DNA of 64,000 nt from an uncultured delta proteobacterium (GTDB taxonomy: Bacteria; Desulfobacterota; Syntrophia; Syntrophales; UBA5619). Positions 10,210 through 18,899 of this stretch are shown here, in pieces. Numbering within the stretch: the stretch's first letter is position 1; each line of letters starts with the position of its first letter. The notes below the pieces were generated by a model. The model searched no databases. It was not told where the DNA came from and saw only the letters and a list, made by a program, of their open reading frames with translations. A program made the translations under genes and the position numbers. Location of the stretch: positions 32,001 through 96,000 of the forward strand of contig CAWFOM010000006.1 in the NCBI GenBank assembly GCA_963817385.1, given 5' to 3'.

Positions 10210-10743
10210 ATGAATATCTGCAGAAACATAGCAATGTGGTTGATAATGGTATGGACGATCGGCTTAACGATGGCGGCAACGGTGATGGCGGCCCCTATGG
10301 CGGGGCAGCCGGTGGAACTGTCTGTCGGTCAGCCGGCGCCCGGATTCGATCTGCCCCTGCTGAATGGGAAAAAGGCGACGCTGAGGGAGTTTCAAGGGAA
10401 GTCAGTTGTTGTCGTGTTCTGGCGCTCGGGGTGACCTATATGCCAACGGGAGGCTCCCGTTTTAGAGGCAGCATACAAGAAATACCGCAAACAAGGCTTG
10501 GTGATTCTCGGGGTGGATATCGTCACGGACGAGGAGCAGCCTGCCCGCGACTTTGTGAAAAGATACAAGCTCACATATCCGGTCGGACGCGACGTCTCGG
10601 GAACAATCGGTTCGCTCTATGCCGTTACAGGTACGCCTACCGTCATTTTCGTCGACAAGGCGGGGCGACTGGTCGAGCGGCATGTGGGAGCAATGACTGA
10701 GGCGAACTTCCGACAGCGAATCGAAGATCTCCTGAAATTGTAG
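10210..10743 (+). CDS. Exported TlpA/redoxin-family selenoprotein (U-P-I-C; TGA=Sec at 10432-10434)
   Basis: ORFs 10210-10434 and 10498-10743 are in the same frame. Read-through gives VVVFWRSG-U-PICQREAPVLEAAYKKYRKQGLVILGV...GTPTVIFVDKAG, a complete thioredoxin-like fold with an N-terminal signal peptide. Confidence 0.9.
10445..10461 (+). promoter_or_regulatory. Bacterial SECIS-like hairpin
   Basis: AACGGGA-GGC-TCCCGTT; G-starting loop 17 nt after the TGA. Confidence 0.7.
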
Positions 10744-11169
10744 GCCTAATGTGGACCTGATAAGGTGAGTGCAGGGTGTAGCAGAAGTGTTAAGATGAGC
10801 ACCTATGTCTATCTGCACGGTACTTTCGTATACTGGAATATTAATTTTATGGACGAGGCACGCGTCCGAAATTCTCCGTTTTTATGAATCACTATGTGCT
10901 GATCAGTTGTGTACAAGAGTCCGGCTTTATTCATATATTGTCAATATCATCCCTATTGATAACAAAGGTGGAGTTGGGGTTACCTGAGCAACTTATTGAT
11001 AACGGGATGAATGCGGCATAATTGTAGATTGCTTTGTCCGCTGATCGGCGGTATTTGTGACTTCACTGAAGTCAGTAAAGCATCGACCTAGATAAAAAAG
11101 CTGGATTTCAAATGGCAATAATTGATGTTAGTCAGACGATGTGGCCACTTTGAGACCGCAGTTTTGCCC

Positions 11170-11198
11170 TTGACAGCCCCTCCGTTAACGAGTATACA
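11170..11198 (+). promoter_or_regulatory. sigma70-type promoter
   Basis: TTGACA, 17-nt spacer, TATACA. Confidence 0.6.
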
Positions 11199-11296
11199 TA
11201 TAGACCTCAGTTATCCCACTGTAAAATTATCAACCTAACCTTTAGCCTTCTGGTGAGTAAAATGAGAAGGTGGGGTTACCAAAAACAGATCATGTG

Positions 11297-11338
11297 AAGC
11301 CTCTAAGGGAGTCCCAAAACTCACTTGGAGGCTTTTTT
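11297..11338 (+). terminator. Terminator-like hairpin within the 5' leader of the FGE-domain gene
   Basis: AAGCCTCTAAG-G-GAGT-CCCAAA-ACTC-A-CTTGGAGGCTT then a T-run, between the promoter and the start codon. Confidence 0.65.
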
Positions 11339-11382
11339 GATTTATCTCCCGCGCGTACCGTATTTCTACCCAACTTTGACTC

Positions 11383-13548
11383 ATGCCACGAATTAAGGTG
11401 AAGAAAATGAGACCGACTATGAAAAAATTGATTCTTGCGTCCCTGCTGCTTTCAGCAGTCCTGTTGGCCGCCGGGTCAGTGTACGCTGTGCCTCTCTACT
11501 TCCCCCACGTAGCAACAGATTTTCCTTGGCAAACGGAGATAGCTATCATCAATACCAGCGATCAAACAGTGACCGGTAGCCTGAGGGCCTTAAGCGATGA
11601 CGGTCAGCCCGTAGAGACCATACCTGTCGCACTTTCCGCCCGCGGCCGGAGACAGATCACCGTTGCAAATGAGTTTACCAACCACATAGACATAGGATAC
11701 ATTATCTTTGATACAGATTCTACTGCGGTCCGGGGCTACACGAAGTTTTCCAGAGAAGGGTACTATAGAGTGGCAATCCCTGCGGTAAGAGAGATAAACG
11801 CCTGGGACATCTATATCCCCCACATAGCCTCAAACGCTGACTGGTGGACCGGGGTAAGCCTGGTGAACACCACCTCGGCACCGAAAGTACTGACCATCAC
11901 CTTCAATAACGGCCAGAGCAGGCAAATCACACTCACAGCAAATCAACACAGGGCCTTCGACATCACACAGGAGTTCTTCAATAACCAACCCCAGCCGGAC
12001 ATTAAATCGGCGGTGATCACCAATGCAGGTGGTGTCATTGGACTGGAGTTGTTTGGCAGTCGTGGATGGGGTATCCAGTTGGAAGGAATCCCCCTTACAG
12101 ACAAAACCACCTCGATCATATACTATCCTCACGTGGCCAATAACGGCTGGTGGACCGGCATTGTGGCCTATAACCCATCGGAGCTGGCGTGTTCGATAAC
12201 TATCACGCCCTACAGTGCCCAAGGGAACCCCCTCACTCTCTCAACCCGTTCCATAGCGGGGAAGGGAAAATATATCGGTACAGTTACTGACCTCGGCCTT
12301 CCCGCTCAGACAGCGTGGTTCAAGATAGACTCCACGAAGCCCCTCACCGGCTTTGAGCTTTTCGGCACCGTCGACGGCAACCAGCTTGCGGCCTATGCAG
12401 AAAGCGGTGGGGTCGGCGCAAAGACGGGCGTCTTTGCCAAGATCGAGAAGAACGGCTGGACCGGCATCGCCTTTGTCAACACGGAAGCCCTCGTGGCGTC
12501 AGTTACCTTGACTGCCTATAGCAACAACGGAACTGCGGTGGCCATCCAGGTGCTCCCTGTCGGCGGCCATGCCAAGGTGGTCAATCTCGCGGAGGCGATC
12601 TTCACGCAGGATATCAGCGGCGCCACCTACATTGCCTACTCATCGGACAAGAATGTTGTGGGGTTTCAGCTCAACGGTACCTCAGACTGGATGATGCTCG
12701 ATGGGCTGCCTGGGCTGACGGAGCCATTTCCGGGGATGGTCCTCATCCCTGCGGGGAGCTTCCAGATGGGAGGTGGCGATGAAATTCCTGCCCACTCTGT
12801 CACGTTGAGCGCCTTCTACCTGGACAAATACGAGGTCACGAAGGCCCTCTGGGATGAGGTTTATGCCTGGGCGACGGCGCACGGGTATACCTTTGACAAC
12901 GCCGGTACGGGGGCGGCACCAAACCATCCGGTGCGTGACGTTTCCTGGTTCGACGTGGTCAAGTGGTTGAATGCCCGGTCAGAAAAGGAAGGACGGACGC
13001 CGGTATATTACGAAGATGTTGCCCAGACGATAATTTATAAGACGTACTGGCTGTGGAACTTTCCCCCCTCGAAAGTGAAATGGACGGCCAACGGGTATCG
13101 TCTCCCCACGGAGGCGGAGTGGGAGTACGCAGTGCGGGGCGGGACGACGACGCGGTTTTACACAGGGAACTGCATCTCGACGGACTTGGCGAACTACAAC
13201 GGCGATGGTCCCGAGATCGGCGGGTGCCCAACAGGACAGAACCGTGGCGGAACAACGGTCGTGGGGAGTTTCGCGGCGAATCCCTGGGGGCTTTACGACA
13301 TGGCGGGGAACGTTTGGGAGTGGACGTGGGATGGGCAAGGCTCATATTCCTCCAGTGCTGTGACAAACCCCAGGGGCCCTGATTCGGGCTCGATGCGGAT
13401 GGTTCGCGGCGGCGCTTGGGACCGCAACGCGTCTGAAATGCAGTCGGAGTCCCGCAACTGCGACTGGCCGTACAGCCGGGGCGATAGCCTTGGTTTCCGT
13501 TCCGCCAACAGTCAGCCGCGCGTCTGGGTTCTTAGGCCTGAAGAATAG
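11383..13548 (+). CDS. Secreted protein with four N-terminal repeats and a C-terminal FGE-sulfatase/SUMF1 (CLec-fold) domain
   Basis: Signal peptide MKKLILASLLLSAVLLAAGSVYA (likely start 11407 or 11419); four repeats of about 100 aa (Y.PH.A...WWTG..xN); FGE motifs MVLIPAGSFQMG, KYEVT, RLPTEAEWEYA, GLYDMAGNVWEW, RGG.W, LGFR. Confidence 0.85.
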   Translation: MPRIKVKKMRPTMKKLILASLLLSAVLLAAGSVYAVPLYFPHVATDFPWQTEIAIINTSDQTVTGSLRALSDDGQPVETIPVALSARGRRQITVANEFTNHIDIGYIIFDTDSTAVRGYTKFSREGYYRVAIPAVREINAWDIYIPHIASNADWWTGVSLVNTTSAPKVLTITFNNGQSRQITLTANQHRAFDITQEFFNNQPQPDIKSAVITNAGGVIGLELFGSRGWGIQLEGIPLTDKTTSIIYYPHVANNGWWTGIVAYNPSELACSITITPYSAQGNPLTLSTRSIAGKGKYIGTVTDLGLPAQTAWFKIDSTKPLTGFELFGTVDGNQLAAYAESGGVGAKTGVFAKIEKNGWTGIAFVNTEALVASVTLTAYSNNGTAVAIQVLPVGGHAKVVNLAEAIFTQDISGATYIAYSSDKNVVGFQLNGTSDWMMLDGLPGLTEPFPGMVLIPAGSFQMGGGDEIPAHSVTLSAFYLDKYEVTKALWDEVYAWATAHGYTFDNAGTGAAPNHPVRDVSWFDVVKWLNARSEKEGRTPVYYEDVAQTIIYKTYWLWNFPPSKVKWTANGYRLPTEAEWEYAVRGGTTTRFYTGNCISTDLANYNGDGPEIGGCPTGQNRGGTTVVGSFAANPWGLYDMAGNVWEWTWDGQGSYSSSAVTNPRGPDSGSMRMVRGGAWDRNASEMQSESRNCDWPYSRGDSLGFRSANSQPRVWVLRPEE

Positions 13549-13620
13549 GCTTGGGCCTTTTTGGTTTGGCCGTTGTTGGCAGAAAAGTGAAAAAGTAAAC
13601 TTTAATAATCATTGATTCAG

Positions 13621-13654
13621 AAAAGGCAGAGTCAATCAGGGATCTGCCTTTTTT
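13621..13654 (+). terminator. Rho-independent terminator (possibly bidirectional)
   Basis: AAAAGGCAGA...TCTGCCTTTTTT. Confidence 0.7.
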
Positions 13655-13852
13655 CATGCACATTTGCAAATACAAGTGTTGATGCTGGATCACCGGAGCA
13701 TTTTGTTGAATATGGATCGAAACGTAGGTATACTCCCACCGTGAAAAAAAATGCCTCGTCAATTCAATTTCAATCAATCATCAATATATTAATGGTGGAA
13801 AGCGTTGGGATGATGGTAAAATTACTAAATACAGTCCGGGGAGGAATTACAG

Positions 13853-14887
13853 TTGAGTTATCAGAGAGAATTTGCCAAAAAAATCAACGTGGGCATTATC
13901 GGTATTGGTTCCCACGGTTACCGGAACATCCTGCCGCTGATGAACTATCTGCCGGTCAAGGTCAAGGCTGTTTGCAACCGCACCGCCGACGTGGGCAGAA
14001 TTACCGCCGCGCAGTATGGCTGCGCCCATTATCAAACCCCCCGGAACATGTATGACCGGGAGGATATCGACGCGGTATTTATCAATGTCAGTCCCAAGCT
14101 GCATCCGTCACTGGCAATCGAAGCCCTGGACAGGGGAAAGCATGTGTGGGTTGAAAAACCTGTTGCGACAAGAACCCGCGAAGTCGAGGAAATGATCGCT
14201 CATCGCAAAGATAAAGTCGTGGTCGTCGGCTTTAAGAAAATATTTATGCCGGCTGCCCAAAAGGCGATCGAAATCGCCTTTTCTCCGAAGTATGGCAATC
14301 CACGCTCCATATTGGCGGTATACCCGATGACGATCCCCGGCAACGGCCGAGAGATCCTCGAAACCGGGGATACACCGAACTGGCTGATCAATGGCGTCCA
14401 CCCGCTCTCTTTCTTGATGGCGGTAGGCGGCAAGGTGTCGGCTGTCACCGCTATCTGTAACGATGCCGGAAACGGAATTCTTGCCATCCAGTTTGCCAAT
14501 GGAGCCTTCGGCACGTTGCACTTGGCATCCGGGCCGCAGCCCCGGCTGGAACGCTATGCGGTATACGCGGATAACTGGCAGGTGGATATTGAAAATACCC
14601 GGATTGCCCTTTATCGTGGCATCCCGATTGTCCACGGCAAAACGACGAACTACGCACCGGAGGGGGATGACGGCGGCGCCGTTGTCTGGGAAGCTTCAAA
14701 CTGTCAAGCCGGTTTGGAGAATAAGGCCGAGTTCACCCAGGGCATGTACGCTGCTATGATGTATTTCTGCGAATGCGTCTTGCAAAACAAGACCCCGGAC
14801 AAAGGCACACTGGAATTTGCCCTGGAAATGATGAAAGTATATGAAGCCGGACTGTTGTCCGAAGGAAGAACTATCTATATTAACTGA
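13853..14887 (+). CDS. Gfo/Idh/MocA-family oxidoreductase
   Basis: VGIIGIGSHG Rossmann motif, GKHVWVEKP, NGVHPL; TTG start after GGAGG. Confidence 0.9.
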   Translation: MSYQREFAKKINVGIIGIGSHGYRNILPLMNYLPVKVKAVCNRTADVGRITAAQYGCAHYQTPRNMYDREDIDAVFINVSPKLHPSLAIEALDRGKHVWVEKPVATRTREVEEMIAHRKDKVVVVGFKKIFMPAAQKAIEIAFSPKYGNPRSILAVYPMTIPGNGREILETGDTPNWLINGVHPLSFLMAVGGKVSAVTAICNDAGNGILAIQFANGAFGTLHLASGPQPRLERYAVYADNWQVDIENTRIALYRGIPIVHGKTTNYAPEGDDGGAVVWEASNCQAGLENKAEFTQGMYAAMMYFCECVLQNKTPDKGTLEFALEMMKVYEAGLLSEGRTIYIN

Positions 14888-14978
14888 GGCCATTTTAGTC
14901 GACCGGCGATTAAGTGCTTTTCGCAAATCAAACCGTATTCATCCCAATGAATTGAATGTTGTAACGTGTGGAGGATCT

Positions 14979-15344
14979 ATGAAAATCATAAAAATCGAAG
15001 ACCTTCGTACCCTTGAGAATCCGACTCCTGGTCAATTCTACCGGCCCGAGTTTAAACTGGACAAAGACGGTTTTAAGAATCTGGGCGGATTAGTCTGTAT
15101 CCTGGTCCCCGGGAGCCAGGTACCGTATCATTATCACACAAACCGGGAGTCGATTTTGATGCCCATCATGGGTGAAGCGGTTGAGACCGTCGAGGGGAAA
15201 GAGACCGTCGTCAGACCGGGGGATGTGCTCCTGATTCCGGCAGGTGAGAAGCATTCCATTACCAACCGCTCCGACTGCGAGTTTCGCTTCCTGGAATTCT
15301 TCACTTGCCCCCCGATGGCGTCTGATTACGTCAAAGCCGATTGA
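14979..15344 (+). CDS. Cupin-domain protein
   Basis: PYHYH...E, GDVLLIPAGEKH; ATG after GGAGG. Confidence 0.85.
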   Translation: MKIIKIEDLRTLENPTPGQFYRPEFKLDKDGFKNLGGLVCILVPGSQVPYHYHTNRESILMPIMGEAVETVEGKETVVRPGDVLLIPAGEKHSITNRSDCEFRFLEFFTCPPMASDYVKAD

Positions 15345-15557
15345 ATCTCCGGAGCGCCTGGCGCGTGCTGTTGATGGCAAAGCTCCTCTTCGCATCTGAG
15401 CGCATGAGGTGGAGATAAACGCGACTTTTGGGGCAATGCTTTCCCTTTCATCGACAGGAGCACGATACAGTTCCCTCGAACTCCCGCTGGATTAAAACAT
15501 TGGCCTTCTATATTCAGTAGGATATATTATCTGGCAGGCAAGAAGGGAGGTCTTACG

Positions 15558-15995
15558 ATGATTCGGATAAAAGAAAACAGACAAATCATTTGTGCGGTGG
15601 CGTTGTTCATGGGGCTGCTTCTCATGGCAGCCTCTGCGACGACGGCACAACAGGCAAGCCAAGCAGGTGCAAAGATTGAGGTGGTTCGGATCTCGCCGCA
15701 GGACGCTTACTCCCAAGTTGCCGCGGGAAAAGCCCTTCTGGTTTGTGCTGATGCGAATGAAAAAACGTGCAGCATGATCATGCTGGAAGGGGCCATCTCC
15801 CTGAAGGAATTTGAATCCAGACTGGCAGGGCTGAAAATGGACCAGCCCATTATCTTTTATTGCGCCTGACCCAATGAACACACGTCTGCCAGTCTGGCAG
15901 AGAAATACATGGGGATGGGTTATTGGAATGTCAAGGCTCTCGGCGGTGGTGTCGACGCCTGGAAGAAGGCCGGGTATAAAATCGTCGGGAAGTAG
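15558..15995 (+). CDS. Exported rhodanese-like selenoprotein (C-A-U; TGA=Sec at 15867-15869)
   Basis: Read-through gives IIFYCA-U-PNEHTSASLAEKYMGMGYWNVKALGGGVDAWKKAGY, completing the rhodanese fold up to TAG at 15993-15995; N-terminal signal peptide. Confidence 0.9.
15885..15901 (+). promoter_or_regulatory. Bacterial SECIS-like hairpin
   Basis: TCTGCCA-GTC-TGGCAGA; GU-starting loop 22 nt after the TGA. Confidence 0.75.
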
Positions 15996-16028
15996 AAAGA
16001 GCATTCGTCTGATGGGAAGGGTTGTAGG

Positions 16029-16092
16029 GAAGAAGACGTCAGCCGTTACATAGCCGAACAGAAGGGGCCAGCCGCACGGCATTTATCCCCAC
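16029..16092 (+). pseudogene. Remnant of IS200/IS605 TnpA C-terminus and element end
   Basis: EEDVSRYIAEQKG resembles the catalytic Y-I-x-x-Q helix of Y1 transposases; followed by GGCATTTATCCCC. Confidence 0.45.
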
Positions 16093-16320
16093 CGGCAATT
16101 CGTTTTCAGCATCGCGAAGATCCTCCGACAGGTTTTTCATCGAGCAGCTCTTTCGGTAATCTTCAAGTTTGACGACTGCCTACTGCTGAGCAGGTGTAGG
16201 TGCAGTCTGCGATTCCGCCGATTCTTTTCATTTTGAAAAATCAGAAGCCGATTTGTGCACGAGACAACGAGGCTCAACAAGGGCAGGGCATAGGGGTCAA
16301 CCATTGACATGTGCCATGGA

Positions 16321-16353
16321 GTGAATTACCCCGCCCACAGGTCGGGCTATTCT
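16321..16353. mobile_element. Degenerate IS200/IS605-type terminal hairpin
   Basis: GTGAATTACCCCGCCCACAGGTCGGGCTA: imperfect CCCG...CGGG hairpin of the kind seen at IS605-family ends. Confidence 0.4.
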
Positions 16354-16496
16354 GCGGGCGGATTTCATAGATATCTCGCCCAACCATTACAGCCACTGGA
16401 CGCGGAGAAAGTGGAGAGAAGGCGGCCCGTCGGATCTTGGAGGTCTTCTTTGATCCCGATGTGGGGAATAGGGCAGGGATTAAAGCCTCACCCTAA

Positions 16497-16531
16497 ACAA
16501 TAAGGGGTCAGATTTATCAATCTAACCCCTA
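16497..16531 (-). terminator. Terminator downstream of tRNA-Glu
   Basis: Minus strand GGGGTTAGA-ttgataaa-TCTGACCCC then TTATTGTTT. Confidence 0.6.
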
Positions 16532-16541
16532 TTGTTATTAA

Positions 16542-16617
16542 TGGCGTCCCCACGGGGAGTCGAACCCCGGTTACAGGCGTGAAAGGCCAGTGTCCTAGGC
16601 CACTAGACGATGGGGAC
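16542..16617 (-). tRNA. tRNA-Glu (anticodon TTC)
   Basis: GTCCCCATCGTCTAGTGGCCTAGGACACTGGCCTTTCACGCCTGTAACCGGGGTTCGACTCCCCGTGGGGACGCCA, 76 nt cloverleaf with encoded CCA. Confidence 0.97.
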
Positions 16618-16757
16618 GTTCCTTAACCCGGTACGGAACGATCAATTTTCCGTACGAAATGGTATTCGCTTGAGAAGCGAGCCTTATATCCTGTTGATCC
16701 CGGAGATGTCAAGCGACAAATCGGGGAAACGGGTGAATTATTGCTAAATCATCAGGA

Positions 16758-18873
16758 TCACACAAAAACGACGGGCTCGCGCAGGATTGCCTCCCGCGCC
16801 TTGGCGGCCAGCGCTGCCGTTTCCGGGTGGGTCTCCTTCAGCGACATGATCTGCCGGAGGTTATCGGCCGTCCTCATGATCAGCATCGCCATATCCCCAT
16901 CGGCGATGCCCGCCTTCCGGATGATCCGGTTCCAGTCGCCGCCCGCCGCCCACTCGTAGATCACCGCCGCCGGCCAGAGGAAGAGGGGGGCAACGGGGAA
17001 ACCGCCGGCCTTCAGCCGCTCCGCAAGGTCCGCGAGGGTTGCGATCATCCGGTCATAGGCGCGGGTCAGACGCCGGGGAAGCTCCTTCCGGATCACCAGG
17101 AGATCCTGGTCTCCGTCGTAGACGAAGGGGGCGATGACGGCGGCCAGAAGCTTCTCGTCGCCGTGGGGAAAGACGTTTTTCCGGAGACATTCGGCGATGA
17201 GAAGGGGCTGGTCCAGGCGGAGTTTGGATGCCCAGATCCCGGTTTCCGTCAGGCGGTCAGCCCTGTCCACGAATCCCTCTTCCCGGAGAAAGCGGAGGTG
17301 CCGCTGGAAATCGGTCCAGAGATCGGTCTGTTCCCCCCGGGTCTGCCCCGGCTTCTTCTCACCTTGCCGCTGGTAGCTCGCCAGGGATTTTGCGAAGATC
17401 TCCCGGATGTCCTCCGGCGTCTGGGAGAGGAGGAGATTGAGGACCATCGAGAAGTCGCTCCGGATCCGGCTCGCGATCGCTTCCGGTTTCTTCAGGAGGA
17501 GCTTCCGGATATGGACGAGGTCCATGAACCGCCCCGGTACGGCCAGCATGAAACCCACCCGGTCCTGTCCCCGTCTGCCCGCCCTGTCCCGTCATCTGGT
17601 GGAATTCCGTGCCGGAGAGGGGGGCGAACTCATGGCCGTTGAAGAGGTCCGAATTCATCAGCACGATCGTCCGGGCGGGGTAATTGACGCCTGCGGCGAC
17701 GGTGGAAGTGGCGAAGATCGCCCGCAGGTGTCCCTCCTTCATCATCGTCTCCACGAGGAATTTCCAGGCGGGAAGCTGTCCGCCGTGATGGGCGGCCACC
17801 CGGGACGTCCGGAGTTCGTGGAGCTGCCGGTGGTTTCGGAGGTAGACAAACCTCTCGAGCTGCGCCTCCAACTCCCGCTCGAAGGTCCCGTCGTCTTCCG
17901 TTTCATCCGCCGGGGCGCGGCACATCCCCAGGGCCGCGTCGCATTCGGCGCGGGACTTGAGGAAGAAGATCGCCGGCAGGAGGTGAAACCGCGCGAGGAC
18001 GTCGATCATCTCGCCGAACGGCGGGCCTCCCCGCTCGGGGCGGCCGGTAGACCGCCGGCCGACGAAATCGCCGATCTTTCCGAAGAGCCGGTTCTCCTGG
18101 ATCAGGGGCATGAGGCGGCCGGACGGATGGAGGAAGAGGGGGAAGAGGGGGACGGGCCGCTTCTCCTCCCGGATGACCCGGCAGGGCTTCCCCCGGATGG
18201 AGGCGAGCCAGGCGGCGATCTCCTCGCCGTTGCCGATGGTCGCCGACAGGAGCAGGAGGTTGATCCGGACGGGGAGGTAGATCATGATCTCTTCCCAGAC
18301 GACCCCGCGGTCCCGGTCGCCCAGAAAGTGGGCCTCGTCGAGGATGACCAGATCGCAGTCCAGGTTTTCCCCCGTGTGCATCGCGTCGTAGAGCTGATTC
18401 CGGAGGATCTCGGTGGTTCCGACGATGATCGGGGCGTCGGTGTTTTCCTTGGTGTCGCCGGTGACGATGCCGACATTGACCGGGCCGAACTGGTAGCCGA
18501 ATTCAACCCATTTGGCATTGGTCAGGGCCTTCAGGGGGGAGGCGTACCAGCACCGCCCGCCTTGTTGGAAGACCGACCGGATCGCCTCTTCGGCGATCCA
18601 GGTCTTCCCCGAGCCGGTCGGGGCCATGACCAGGCAGTCGTCCGTCCGGATTGCGTCAAGGGCCTCAAGCTGAAAGGGGTCCGGCCGGAACTCCGCGGCC
18701 ACGGGTTTGCCGATTTTCGCGAAGACCGGCTTCAAGAGCGGGTCCGCCTCCGGTTTCATCCGGAGCAAGGGCCGTGTCCGTCTGCCCCGGGAGGCGATGC
18801 CCGGGGAGGCCTTCTGCCGCCTGGCTCCGTCGGCCGGAGGGGTTGAGCGGCGATGGGATCGTTTACGCGTCAT
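16758..18873 (-). CDS. Ski2/HelY-like DEAD/DEAH-box helicase; frameshift near 17587
   Basis: APTGSGKT, SPLKAL, TTEILRN, DEAH, LSAT, HHGG, ATST. Motif VI QMTGRAGRRG is restored by deleting one base, joining ORF 16758-17558. Confidence 0.9.
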
Positions 18874-18899
18874 GATGTCTGTCTATCCCGTAATCCCTC

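Noticed and set aside
10002..15344. TGA stops of the globin, Gfo and cupin genes as further Sec codons
   Set aside because: The domains are complete before the TGA, and it does not fall at a catalytic Cys position.
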